Assembly (NCBI GenBank): GCA_012295275.1 | Contig: CM022670.1 | Span: forward strand, 37,448,001 to 37,512,000 | Direction of reading: 5' to 3' | Origin: Chrysomallon squamiferum | Taxonomy: Eukaryota; Animalia; Mollusca | Length of the DNA stretch: 64,000 bases | Shown here: one piece after another, positions 38,797 through 51,660 of the stretch | Numbering within the stretch: position 1 is the stretch's first letter | How the letters are laid out: each line of letters starts with the position of its first letter | Notes under the pieces: model-generated | What the model was told of the DNA's origin: nothing | Databases searched by the model: none | Seen by the model: only the letters and a program-made list of their open reading frames with translations | Translations under genes and position numbers: made by a program

Positions 38797-40699
38797 CAGA
38801 TATACAGACACAGAAACATGACAAAAATAAAATACCGAAATTTTTTATTTTCATTTGTATGGTGTGAAATAGGAGGGTTTTTTTTTTTTTTTTGAGTTTG
38901 TTTTTAGATTAATGGGTTTTTTTCTAAAAATGTTCTGTTAATTATTTTACAAAATATTACATTTATAGCTTCTTTTTTTTTTATGTTTAGTTTATTTATT
39001 TTTCATTTTAGCTCACAAACATCACTATTGGCCATGCTTGCCAGAGGCTTGCCAATGACAGAGACAGATGTTAACCGGATCATTCCAATGTTGTCAGTGT
39101 TCTGTTCAATGTTCAGTCACTCCTTAATCACTTTACACGATGCTGAATTCTACGGGGATGAGAAATGTTAGAATTAATTTTTATTTATCTCTATAATTAA
39201 TTACCTTTTATGTTATAAAACATCAGTAAAAATGTTTACAGTAGAATTATCTATTGTCAGACTTCTTTTTCATCAGCCACAATATTATCAAAACACCTGC
39301 AAGTTGATGTTAGAATAGACATCTACTTTATATCTGAAGGATATTAGGCTAACCAAATAATTATCAAAGAAACATATTTTGTTAAGAGAGTATTTTAATT
39401 TAATCTTTTTTTGTCTTACTTGGGCCACTAAGATTGATTTTAGGGACAAGTTAATTTCATGATTTAAGTGAATAATTTAAAGGAATATAAAATAATTCTC
39501 AACAGGCTTATTCTAACATTCTGATTAGTTTAAAAAAGTTATAAAAATTACTAATAATTACTTTCAGCTACTGTTCGCAGTATGCCGTTCTCTCTGGAAG
39601 AACTGATACCCATGTGCCAGACTCTACGAGATGCCTGTCTAGGAATCATTGAACTCGCACATCCTGATGCCAGGTTCACTGTGAAAGACACGTACAAAGA
39701 AGCACTGGAGAAAACTGGAATATACAGCAAGAAGCTGGACGGGGAAGATGGCGACAAAGAAACCAGACAATGGGCGTATCTGTTCAAAGTGATCTCATCC
39801 TTGGTGCGGCAGTTACACACACGAGACACCAGGAGACAGTTCTGTCCAAAGCAGCACTGGCTGGCTCCCAACATACAGATCAATGCCGGAAAGGTAAATC
39901 AGACGCTCTGTGTAAATGATAGAATTATTGTTTCCAACAGAAGTGTATTGCCTGTGTGATTATTTGAAAAGTTTGGTTCCCCCAAAATGCTATAAATACA
40001 TTTTTTGTTTTGAGAAAAATGACGATTTCCTGCTCTGTAGTTTATAACATTATGCAACGAAGGTCTAAAGTCTACTGCATAGATCAGCAGCAGATATAGA
40101 ATTTTGGGGAAAATGATTATGGGGCGTTGAATAGCTGTCAAATTCTGAATTTTTGCTGGCATTTTTTTTTTTTTAAAGTTTGATTTTGGCATTTATCGTG
40201 TTTTGGAATTAAAGTCTTCATTTGTTACTAGTTTTAAGAGTAAAACAACAGCAATAATATAAAATTCTGCTCCAAAAGAAACGTTCATTATTTTATAATA
40301 AATTTCCATACGGTTAAGTTAATTTTTACACAGCATAAATTCTACTGCTAATATTTTGATTTATGGAGGATTTCACATATTAAATCTGTTTTGAAAGAAT
40401 TATATTTCAGATAAAATGCAATAATAAAATTACGAGTGTAAACAAATGCTAATTGAAGACTCGCAATAATTTTTAATATTGTTAATTTATGTGTTTGAAA
40501 TCTTTCAGCCATCCCAGATTTATAGAGCACAAAATGCTGTTTTTGTTAGAAGACCATTCGGTACATTACATTCTCTGACACAAGTTGGTTTTGGTATGTT
40601 TTTCATTTTTCTAAATGAATCAGAAATTAATATTTATACACACTGAAATAAATTTATAATAAAATTAAATGTTATTTTGATAACCAATTTCCTAGAATT

Positions 40700-40738
<39 letters not shown>

Positions 40739-43700
40739 CATGATAACATATAATTATTTGAGAAATTAAATGTTATTTTTTATAAGCAATTTCTCAGAAT
40801 AAATTTAATTTTTTTTTTTTAATTCATGGTAATTAATATATAACTATTTGAGAAAATTGGCTTACTTGTTCTTTAGATGAAACTTGTTTATGTAGAAGTT
40901 GAGAAGATAATAAAAACAATATTTTTATAATTTTGTTCTCTCCAGACAATGAAGGCCCACCATTAGCCAATCGCGAAGTGAAAAACTTGATAATACTCAC
41001 AGAACTACCTTTTGTTATTTCATTTACTGACAGAGTCCAGGTCAGTGTGATGTGTCTCATGTTGTCAGATACTTTTTAAATAATATTACAGTCTGGCTAT
41101 TACAATATCATGTATAATTTTACAGTAAATACAAAATATATTTTAAAAAAAATTGATACTGTTTATGTACTTTTTTTATTATTATTATTATTGAAGTTTG
41201 TTTTTTTTTCTTCTTTTTTTAAAGATATAAAGTGTATCTGTATGGTATGAGGCTTTATTAAGTAATCTGAAAGTCTTATTATTATTATTATTTTTTTTAT
41301 TTTTAACCTACGATTTTAATCATATGCGTGTAAATTCCATAATCTAGAATATCTTTTAGGTAAAGAAATTAATTTTTAATGCTCTTTAGTATTTCTGCAA
41401 CTTTCTGTTACATCTTATTATATCTTGCTGTATGAGTTTGGAGTTAATGCAAAAATTTTTATTAATTTGATTTAATTTTCTATATTGTGAAAGAATACGT
41501 TACGCCATTTAAGTTAACAGATCTTAATAGTTTTATTATTTCTTTGTTTTCTAATTTTCAAATATTTTTAGATCTTGCAGCAACTGATAAACGCTGACAA
41601 GGAGGAACACCAAGGAGATATGTCGAACTTCATGGTGGGTCCCTCTGTGTCTGTACTAATCAGACGTAACTACATCTACGAGGATGCTTTTGAAAAACTC
41701 TCACCGGAAAACGGTAAGTTTAGAAACCGGGTCAAGATCATTTTCTGTTTCATTATTTTCTGTGGTAACAGTGAACCTTTCTTGTAGAATGTGAAAATGA
41801 TCAAAGAAAAGAGAAACAATTAATTTAAATTTTTTTTTTTACAGTGAATTTAATTATAATCACAAAATTATTGGTTAGAAACAACAGGTAGTTTCTGAAT
41901 TGTTTTTTTAAACATTTGTTGCTTCAACTCTGTAGTAGTTTTCACAATTTTTCAGTTTTTTGTTTGTTGGTTTTAGTTTTCGTGTCTGCACTCTTTTGGT
42001 GTTTATTGGATTATCTAAATTCAGTTTTAATTGTGATTTAGAGCCAAACATGAAGCTGAAAATGAGGATACAGCTGATAAATGCTGCAGGATTGGATGAA
42101 GCTGGTATTGATGGTGGAGGCATTTTCCGTGAATTCCTGTCAGAATTGTTAAAGACTGGTTTTGATCCGAATCGAGGACTTTTCCAGTACACCAATGATA
42201 GACTGCTGTTTCCAAATCCTCAAGCCAACTTTGCTGTGGAAGACTTCACCAAACATTATTTCTTTCTTGGGAGAATGCTCGGCAAGGTTGTTAAGCTTGA
42301 TAATATTACCAGTAAAAGGTTCTTACAACAGAGAATTCATTTTGTATAGAAATAAACAAATTTTCATTTTTTAAATATTTTGTTTACAATGTTTAAGAAT
42401 TTGGTATTCTTCTAGAATTGGTTCTTTTACTTTGAAAATAAGATGAATTATCTTTCTTTTTAGGTATTTACAATATTCAGAAAGTGATTGAGAAAAAATA
42501 TAAATACAAACTGAAATTTTTCTGAAGACAGCCATTGTTGAAATATAACAAATTAAGCTTGTTGTTTTGTGTGTAAAATGATTAAAAAAAGACATGTTTT
42601 AGAAATTTTTGCAAAATATGTTCTAACAGTCAACTAATCTAAAAAAACAAATTTCTGTTGAATGTATTTTCAGGCTCTCTATGAAAATATGCTGGTAGAA
42701 CTGCCCTTTGCTTCATTCTTCCTGCACAAGATTTTAAGTCGTAGAACAGCTAATCTTGATATCCACCATCTAGCATCTTTAGACCCAGTCATGTACAAGT
42801 AAGCTTCTATTAGTGGTTTATGCAACTGCAGAAATATTGATTTTAATGATACAGTTTTACCTATACAGACTTTTAAATTCGGTTAATTTAATTTTTCATA
42901 CTGTAATAAATAATAATTCAAATCTGTTAACTTTAAAATTATTGTTTTTAAATTTGGTATTTATTGTTTATTGGCTTTTGATTGAGTTGTGTGTGACTAA
43001 GTAACTTGTTTTTATAACAGTGGGTTAGTTTGTATCTTTGTAAGTTGACTGATTATGTTACACTGATCATTAAGATATATTGGTGTTTATCTTTCTAAAA
43101 GAAAGAAAAAATGTTTTAAACTAAATTTCTTGTTTTAAACTGCGATTAAGAATTGCTAATAGAAATTTGGTATATCGGTAAACATTTCTTTTATTATTAT
43201 TATTATTAATATTTTTTTTTTTTATGTGAAAAATCAGTTATGACACTATTTTATTTAAAAATGATAAGTGTATCATACTCAGTTTTTTTTTTTTTTTTTT
43301 TCCCAGGAACTTGTTGTTTTTGAAAACTTATGATGGTGATGTCAGTGATTTAGGCCTGGACTTCACTGTTGTTAATGATAAATTTGGAGAAACCAAGGTA
43401 ATCAGTAAAAACCTGGACAATCTAAATTTGTTTACTGTTTCCTAGATAGATGATGGAAATAATCCAAGTAGTACAGCTACTTTGTTCAAACAGATATATA
43501 AATATATATATATATATTTTTATTTTTTTTAAATTTTTAGATTCTTGTCATTTCTGATCATATTCAATGTACTTTTTTTTCTAAAACCATTATTTAATTA
43601 ACATCCCAGCCACTGACACAAATCTTTAATATGAACTGGATGCTTTTGGACAGAATTTCAGATATTGTCATGACTAGGTTATTTCTTAGTTAAAGTAAAC

Positions 43701-44045
43701 ACATTTTTATAGTTTCTGAAAATAGTTTGAGAAAGCAGTATTATGTGTGTCAGAGTGCCAGTACTTAAAGTTGCTTGTTATCATGTCTAGGAACACTATT
43801 ACAAAGATTTGTAGATTTTAAATCATGACTGTAAAATATATACTTTCCACTAGATAAATAACAACAAAAGTACAGTTTGAGTTATATACTTTATACAGAA
43901 CATATTTTGTAATAATATAAAACAAAATAAATGCAACTAAATTATTTATAGAAACCGGAGTTAAAATAACTAAAGACAGAATTGGTCATGGCAGAATCAA
44001 GTTATTATGTTAATATAAATTTAAGATGTTGTTTTATATATATAT

Positions 44046-44092
<47 letters not shown>

Positions 44093-46162
44093 AGATAAAA
44101 GAATACACGGTTAATGGTTGCCTGATAAAAGTATCAAAAAAACAACAGAGAAAAGTTTCTTACCAAATCCCACTGCCAAATGCTTATCAAACCAAGGCCA
44201 AAGTTTCAAATTCTCACCCACAACCACCATGTTCATCAGAGAGGCTTGTTGCCATGTGTAACCAACCACTTGTTGCTTTCCAAAACCAGAACTTTAATTT
44301 TTACCCCTGAAGCCTGAATATATAAGATTCCTGCAGACATCGGTAAACTATGGAATCAGTTTAAAAACTGCCTTTAAAATTTCATCATCATGTATTTTCC
44401 TGTAAAAGGGTTTTGTGGAAGGTCAAACAGAGCTTTAATTACTTTCACATATTGGCAGTTAAAGGCAGTTTATTTAGTATTTGTCATTATTTTATCTTTT
44501 CTCTAGTTCATATTTAGAAACTAGAGAATGTCAAGATTGTATACATATAAAAATTAGTATGTTAATAAAATATCTAGTTAACATAAAGGGAAAGAAATGT
44601 ATTTAATGAATCCCATCTTCATAAAAACCAGATTTTATGTTAAACAAAGACGAGATTATCCATCTTTGTCACAAAATGTAAACAAGCAATTAAAACAATA
44701 TTGTTAATGTGTAGCAAGTGACTATTATGTTTTACAAATAACTGTTGACATTGACAGTCACTTGCAGTTCTCGGTTTCTTAACAGCTGTAGACATCAAAC
44801 TCAGTTTGAAATGATTGTGTGTATATATATATATCTATATGAATAGGCAATGTTAAAATTGCACGATCATATTTATAAATGTTTATCATTTGTGTTTTTT
44901 TAAGGTGGAAGAACTGAAGCCTGGTGGTAGGAACATAACAGTTAACAAGGATAATATGATCGAATACATTCATTTGATGGCTGATTATCGACTCAACAAA
45001 CAGGTAACATAGTTCAAATGTTTAGTATCAAGAACAGTGTAACAAGAATTCTGTTTCTAGAATTGTTTCTGCTTTCATCATCAGACTCACATTTCAGTAA
45101 AGATTAAATAGTTTCTAGAATTTTGCTGTTTTGTGATAACCAAATTACCTTCATTCATTGTTTTTAAAAGATCTCAAAACTGTATGTGAGTAATAATGAG
45201 TCAGAAGGAAATATACATGTTTAAAAATGTATAACTTGTCAAGTAAAAAGATAAAAATGTAAAAAAAAATTATAATTAGTTAGTGACACGATAAACATGT
45301 TAAAAATGGTATAATTGGTTAGTGAAAAAAATAGATGTTAAAAAAAAAGTATAATTAATTACTGAAAAGATAAATATCCCCAAAATGATATAATCGATTA
45401 GAAGATTTGTTTAAACAATATAACTAAACAAGGGAAAAGCAACAAATGAACGCAGCAAATATTTAAAAGAAAAAAAGAAAAGATAAGTAATATTCCTCTT
45501 TTTCATGCCTTACAGAAAAAACCCACAATTTAAACTGAGTTGATGTGAAATATTATCTCTTTGTATTGTTTCAGATTCGGAGCCATTGCTCAGCATTCAG
45601 ACAAGGAATGGCTGATGTGATTAATCTGGAGTGGCTGCAGATGTTCGACCCTATGGAGCTGCAAGTCCTCATATCCGGTGCACACGTACCCATCGACATA
45701 GATGACTTGCGAAGACACACCAATTATTCAGGTGTGTGAATCAAGTCATAAAAACATTCCTAAAATGGTTTAAAGCGTTTAAGAACTGTAATTCTGAAAA
45801 ATAAAAGTATCCTAATTATTAAAAAAAAAAATAATAATAAATATTAAAAAATTAAAAAATAATAATAAAAAGAATTGTAAATATAATATATATATTTTTT
45901 TTTAATGATTTTTTATGTGTGTCACAGGTGGTTATTCTGAAGATCATATAGTTATAAAGAATTTCTGGGCTGCTGTGGAATCGTTCACTGATGAACAGAA
46001 GAGACAGTTACTGAAGTTTGTTACGAGCTGCTCCAGGCCACCTTTGCTTGGATTCAAAGTAAGTGTAGTCATTCCTTCTGAAGTCATCTCTCTGTTTTGT
46101 CAAAATAATTGTAGAATTATTGTTTGATTCTCACATGATTAAGTGTGTTTTTTTTCACAAGA

Positions 46163-46197
<35 letters not shown>

Positions 46198-46736
46198 GAT
46201 ATTTCACATTTTCATCATTTTATGATAATTTTTTTTATATTATGAATGCTATAATATAAAAATATTTTCAAGATAATAATTGGACAAAAAAAAGTCTTAA
46301 TTTTCTATGAAAAAAAAATAAATAAAAGAGCTGTTTTTCCCCACAGTGAATCAAATTCATTTTCTTTTGTTATAATTATTATAAAACTAAAATAAAAAAT
46401 ATATATATATATATATATATATTTATTTATCTTCTTACTATATAAGTTTATATACCCACACAGATACATTATATAGACATACACTGTCACACAAGCACAC
46501 ACACACATATTTATTTATTCATTTATTTTTTATTTATTTGTCCTTTTTTTTTTTTTTTTTTAAAGGATCTGTACCCACCGTTTTGTGTGCTTTGTGTTGC
46601 CCATGAACCAGAGAGACTTCCAACTGCTAGCACATGCATGAACCTGCTCAAACTGCCTGAGTTCAAAGACGTAGAGACAATGAAAGTGAAACTGTTGTAT
46701 GCTGTGGAATCAGGATCAGGTTTTGAACTGAGTTAA
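32379..46736 (+). CDS. UBE3C: HECT E3 ubiquitin-protein ligase UBE3C, 23 exons, about 1073 aa
   Basis: Exons 32379-32444, 33184-33237, 34165-34239, 34732-34869, 35509-35615, 36066-36223, 36602-36755, 36938-37182, 37457-37587, 37995-38179, 38547-38633, 39012-39166, 39568-39893, 40509-40593, 40946-41040, 41572-41713, 42042-42286, 42674-42798, 43307-43397, 44905-45003, 45575-45731, 45928-46058, 46566-46736 = 3222 nt. Motifs: [10 protein letters not shown]-terminus, IQ motif [48 protein letters not shown], catalytic Cys in [15 protein letters not shown]-terminus GFELS*. Confidence 0.96.
33436..33990. mobile_element. Degenerate Tc1/mariner-pogo-type MITE in UBE3C intron 2
   Basis: Left end TAGTGAAATTCCTATAAACCAGACACCC versus reverse complement of the right end CAGTAAAAAAAATTGTAAACTGAAACTCC, an eroded CAGT-type terminal inverted repeat. 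Confidence 0.35.
35134..35231. repeat. Compound microsatellite (GT)n(GA)n(ATT)n
   Basis: Directly visible; a (TTTTA)n tract follows at about 35827-35892. Confidence 0.95.
35648..35805. mobile_element. Short eroded MITE-like relic in UBE3C intron 5
   Basis: Left TACAAAACTTCTCAAAACTGG versus reverse complement of the right end TACAGTGGAATGTTTCAAAACCAG; ends in CACTG-TA. Confidence 0.3.
40662..40857 (+). repeat. Diverged tandem duplication of about 100 bp in a UBE3C intron
   Basis: AAATTAAATGTTATTTT...AATTT...TTTAATTCATG...ATATAA.TATTTGAGAAA appears twice (about 40662-40762 and 40763-40857). Confidence 0.75.
45217..45405 (+). repeat. Degenerate minisatellite, unit about 38-40 bp, about 5 copies
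   Basis: Recurring ATGTTAAAAA..GTATAATT.GTTAGTGAAAAGATAAA-like unit in UBE3C intron 20. Confidence 0.65.
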
Positions 46737-47317
46737 CATAGCCAGCGATGTTTGCTTTTAAATTACAGAAATACTTAACAACTACATCCAAGAAAAAGTG
46801 ATGCTGATTATCCAGACACAAGGTCAACTATATATGTATATATATATATATATATATATACCAAAACAGGACATGTTCTTCTTCATCTAAAAAAAAAAAA
46901 AAAAAAAAAAAAAGTAATAATGATAATAATAATGTCTTCACCCAAATCAAATGAACTGCATCTAATCAAAATAAATTATTAAAACTCTGTGTAAGAATGA
47001 GACGAATGCATGGTGCAGACAGAAAATGTTTGTTCTTTTTTTCTTTGTTTGTTCATACACACAAAGTTACAGCTTGATTAGGAGTTAAATGAGTGAATTT
47101 CACAGTTATTGAATATATGGAAGATTTTATGTAATTAATTAACATTGGTCAAGACTATTTCAAATGCTCGTTTGATTTTTACAAGAACATAACAGAAAAT
47201 TGTTTAAACCTTTGTAGCAAGAGTCAATACATGTAAATGCATTGTACATGTAAGTGATACTATTTTTTTTTTTTTTAAATTATTAGGTTTTTGGCGATGT
47301 TAATACTGAACAAGTTG

Positions 47318-47353
<36 letters not shown>

Positions 47354-48796
47354 TAATGCCTTTATTTGGAGTTGTAAATATAAGAAAGGCAGTTCATTGT
47401 AAGTAATGTAATATATATAACTGAGTGTAAAAATTCCTCGTCTTCCTCTTTTAAAAGTGATAAAATTTAACTGACTGTTCATCTTCATAATAGTAATGTC
47501 ATTTACATAATAATGTCAATAGTTCATTACCAGAACTAAAAATGTATTCAATATAAATTATTTTCACTCAGTTTTTATCATCTCTTTAATGAGTAGGTAC
47601 AGTATATCAAATTCAGCAACTTTGTTTTATGGTAATATTTCTGATGCTTTAAATAAACATCTGGTTCATCCAGTTTCTTTTATAAATACACCATGTTGCA
47701 GCATTAAATGGATTCATGTTCTGGATGTTGCAGAAGATAAATTCTACACATACTAGTTTATTTACAAATATATGCGTAACAGTGCTTCTTAACGTATATC
47801 AGTGATATTCACCTTAAAGTTTTTATCACAAAATTTGAGGCACTGACAACTTAGTTTTTGTATGTTTTAAGTAATTTTCATCTTACTCTCCTCTAATTTC
47901 ATTCCTCCTTGGGTGAAACCATTCATCTGTTTTCAAAGCATTTGTACAGCAGAAGAGCCACTATAATATCTTCATTTTTATATAATACAGTGCATCATGG
48001 AATCAGAGTCCCTTCGCAGGCTCTGTAAAGAAACTCAATCCATCATTTAATATTACACATCATAACTTTTGTTTCATGCTTTTAGTAGCTACTTAAAATA
48101 AGCATTTATTTATTTATTTATTCATAATCAATTTCAAAATAATAGTATTGCATTAAATGTCATCAAGACAGTATATGCATATGAAATACTCGTGAACAAT
48201 CTTCCTCAGAATTTGGAGCATGAAGTAATTTAAACTTAAAGTTACTGTATCTAATATGTACAGGCTTACAGTCTGTGCATCAGATTATAGTTAATTAATC
48301 AAAGTCAAGAAATCGAAATTTGTGAAAATGATATACACCATTCCCGTGATAATTTTAATTAACATGTTTTCTTAATTTTTTATTATTATTTTTTTTTTTT
48401 TAGAAATCATTATTTTTAAAACTTACATAAGGATTAATAATCTTTTGATATGTTTCAACAAATTGTACAGTTTAAAGTTTGAATTTTTCTGCCTGAAAGC
48501 TTTAATATCGATTTGTAAAAAGGTACTGCAAAAATGTATTATTTTTAAAAATGTATTACTTTTGCAAATGAAAAAGTCATTAAACTGAAGTCACCATTAA
48601 ACACCCCTGAATGTATTTAATACTGATTAGAAAGAACAGATTTGTCCTTATTCTGGTTACCTTGTGATTTACATAGTGATAGTTTTTCATTCCAAGCTGG
48701 TGAAATCTGTGGTCTGATAACTTGTTTGTTGTTAATCAAGTGTCCGTTTTATTTATTATGTTTTCATATTAAGTATGATGGCATTTTTTGTGCATT

Positions 48797-48852
48797 AATA
48801 AATCAGTATATAAAAATTAATACTGTTATGAATACATTTTTCGTGTTGTTGT
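48797..48852 (+). terminator. Candidate distal polyadenylation signal of UBE3C
   Basis: AATAAA at 48797-48802 with a downstream TTTTTCGTGTTGTTGT tract, just before CpG frequency rises. Earlier AATAAA hexamers exist, so the site used is uncertain. Confidence 0.3.
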
Positions 48853-49123
48853 CACAAATCTGTTTCATTCACTCATCCAATCACAGCTGAGAAGAGAAAA
48901 ACATTCAGAGAATTTGTGCTGCAGGCCTTCTGCACACAATCTGTAACAAAGATTTTGCCGAGAAGTGATGTGCCTTTTAACCAAAGATTCATTTTCAGAA
49001 TACTCAGTCACTGAATCCTGATACCAAGTTGACAAATGTCCTGGAAAATAAATGACACAGAATTAAATTTGATGTACTCACCGATGATTTCTGATCGCAG
49101 CAGCATATCTCAAAATATTTTAC

Positions 49124-49688
49124 AAGTTCCCCAAAATCCACGATCTTCCACTTACCTAGCGAACAGCGAGTGACGTTGTTGCAATTGTTGACGTCAGATT
49201 TATAGATTTCCGAAGAAAGCGGAAGCAGACAGACAACGTCGGAGATTTCGTCAGACGCCATGTTGTTGTGGAGTTCAGTTGTCATTTAAGTCAACATTAG
49301 AACACACACGCACACACACACACACACACAAAGATACAAGAAATTACAGAGAGAGAGATGAGATGGTAAGACGCAGAGAAAAAGACAAATATGCAAGTTG
49401 TATATACTAGTACTAGTAGTATGAGACAGTTTTTGTATGTATATTATTAATGATTAATATTAAACACATTTATGGTGACTTTCACTTTAGTGAATATTTT
49501 AAAAGGCAAAAGCAGAAGTTCTCCAAAATCCACGACCTTCCACTTAACCAGCGTTGAGCCAGTGACGTTTTTGCAATTGTTGACGTCATATTTATATACT
49601 TACGAACAATGCGGAAGCAGACGACGTCGGAGATCTTCGTCAGACGGCATGTTGTCGCAACGTGTGTGGAGTTCTGTTTTTATTTAAA
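49124..49688. repeat. Diverged direct duplication of about 165 bp (49124-49288 and 49516-49688)
   Basis: Shared blocks AAGTTC.CCAAAATCCACGA.CTTCCACTTA, GTGACGTT.TTGCAATTGTTGACGTCA, GCGGAAGCAGAC, TTCGTCAGACG.CATGTTGT, TGTGGAGTTC; both copies are followed by (CA)n. Confidence 0.9.
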
Positions 49689-49700
49689 TCACCATTATTA

Positions 49701-49748
<48 letters not shown>

Positions 49749-50001
49749 GACACACACATGCACACACACAGACACATACACACAAACACATCCACAATGA
49801 AATAACGAAATAAACACCGTTTCTTCCAGATGAATATTTATTGTTTTAGATTCTTCGACATCAGCAGGGTTCAACCTACAAAAGAAGACACATATAAAAT
49901 TACATATTTCTAAACACTGCAAAATCTACAGCAGTAGCGACTTTAGAATTCTTGTACTAGCGGTAGACGTAATCGTAGCAGTAATAATCGAGCAGCCTTT
50001 G

Positions 50002-50089
50002 TACTACCACTACATCTAAAGCTACAACTACTACTATTACTACCACTACATCTAAAGCTACAACTACTACTATTACTACTGCTACTACT
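50002..50089 (+). repeat. 39-bp tandem duplication within an (ACT)n-rich tract
   Basis: TACTACCACTACATCTAAAGCTACAACTACTACTATTAC occurs twice in tandem. Confidence 0.85.
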
Positions 50090-50548
50090 AAGAGAAGAAC
50101 ACTTCTCGCGCTTGCAAGCATCTTTTTTTTTACGTATTTCTGTGTATTCAATCAGACCTAGGCAGACCGAACGAGGTTCGCAAACTCGGGCGACATTCCG
50201 TACTCGTGTGCAGTCTGAGCCACAAACACTATAGTTTTCTCCTTTCCATTCTCCCCATTTACCTTCAGACAAAATAAAACAAGGTGGTTTCACACGAACT
50301 TGTTCACCTGATGATCGGGCTTTCTCTTATATGCCACTACAGTGTGGAGTATTTTAGAGAACTGATGCTTCCAGCGGTTTTAAATCAAATATAGGTATAT
50401 TTAAAGTGTCTATTATACACTTACTACTCCTCTGTGTTTTACATTTTAGAATGTTATTGCTGTCAACAGAGTAGTATTGTCAACCTGATTTGAACAGTAT
50501 TAATGCAAAATGTGCTATATAAATATAAGTTTTATTGTTACTATTTAG

Positions 50549-51261
50549 AAAGTGACGACTCGACACGTAAACAATACGGCGAGTGAATGAACGCCACGCG
50601 GCTTGAAAGAGTAGTTCCAGTCTGGTGAGGACAACACCGCGTGCGCGAACTACGAAAATAGCGTCGGGAAAAAAACTTCCAGTTTTCTGGTCTTTCTGGA
50701 TTTCAGTACCTGTACAATCTATATTTGTTTTTTAAAAGCAAGAGTTAAATGGAAATAGCTGGAATGTTTATTCGATATAAATCTATATGAAATACAGCTA
50801 ACATGATTACAACTCTTGAAACATTTTTCTATGAAAACGACGACAGCAGCAGCAACAACAACAAAAGAAAAGAAAAAAACAACAACAAAACAACACAAAA
50901 TAATTCCAAACAACTTCCGGAAAATTCATATTTTAGTAAAATCCAGCAAACAGTTTATCGCAGATGCGTTTCCGTATTTTATTTAATGTCATCGTCAACT
51001 GGTATGTTTACTATTGTTATTTTTTTCAGAAAAAAGAATAATAAGAAGAAATAAACAGGAAAATTATTCTACAGGAAATTAGCAAAATGTGAACGTTATT
51101 AAAAATAAAATGAAAAATAAGAAATACAGTTTAAACAAGAAAGAAAGATTAAAGGAGAAAAAGATTTCGGAATAGGATAATACAAAAAACCTGACGCCAT
51201 GATGGATTTTGATGCAAACAGGGAAGTGCGACTAGAAACAATGAGAAAGAAATCAGTTTAG
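50549..51261 (+). pseudogene. Truncated, internally deleted tandem copy of the 5' part of the orphan gene at 51491-53686
   Basis: 50549-51025 is nearly identical to 51491-51968 (offset about 942), and 51029-51258 to 53125-53354 (offset 2096), so about 1.15 kb is missing. The copied ORF reads MMDFDANREVRLETMRKKSV* (ATG 51199, TAG 51259-51261). Confidence 0.8.
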
Positions 51262-51331
51262 GCCTCCAGAATCGACTGTTACTCCTACACGGATGGAAAC
51301 TGAACAGTTCTGTTCTGTACTCAATACAGAT

Positions 51332-51415
51332 AATACAGGTACCGGACCAATTATTCGGACTCCTTGTGGCCGGAGGCATTCCGGATTTCTGGATTTTCCG
51401 GTTTTCTGGTTCCAA
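51332..51415. mobile_element. Probable DNA-transposon end fragment at the duplication junction
   Basis: TA-CAGGTACCGGACC...TTATTCGGACTCC...TTCCGGATTTCTGGATTTTCCGGTTTTCTGG: a CAG start after TA plus tandem CCGGA/CTGGA subterminal motifs typical of pogo-like ends. No matching second TIR found. Confidence 0.35.
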
Positions 51416-51490
51416 GGCATCTAAATACGTAAATAATTAGGCATAAACATTTTATAATTAAAAACATACAGAAAATTGACGATACGACGA

Positions 51491-51660
51491 AAAGTGGCGA
51501 CTCGACACGTTAAACAATGCGGCGAGTGAATGAACGCCACGCGGCTTGAAAGAGTAGTTCCAGTTTGGTGAGTACAACACCGCGTGCGCGAACTACGAAA
51601 ATAGCGTCGGGAAAAAAACTTCCAGTTTTCTAGTCTTTCTGGATTTCAGTACCTGTACAA
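51491..51660 (+). promoter_or_regulatory. CpG-rich promoter-like segment (duplicated at 50549-50720)
   Basis: Dense CpG (GCCACGCGGC, CCGCGTGCGCG) with an inverted GTAGTTC/GAACTAC pair. It lies upstream of a donor CTG|GTATGT (about 51946) and the acceptor TATTCTACAG (53170) that precedes the 53295 ORF. Confidence 0.4.

Larger units (their letters stand above)
48865..50262 (-). pseudogene. Decayed cysteine-rich, thrombospondin type-1-like gene fragments
   Basis: A phase-1 exon starts at 50262 (acceptor TTTTATTTTGTCTGAAG): GKWGEWKGENYSVCGSDCTRVRNVARVCEPRSVCLGLIEYTEIRKKKDACKREKC, i.e. WxxW, C..C, RxRxxxRxC, CxG, a TSP1-like pattern. It runs into an (AGT)n tract. Downstream are an exon-like piece 49875-49818 and two diverged Cys-containing copies, one with an in-frame TAA. 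Confidence 0.45.

Noticed and set aside
45217-45405. CRISPR-like periodicity
   Set aside because: Eukaryotic intron; units are contiguous degenerate tandem repeats without unique spacers or cas genes.
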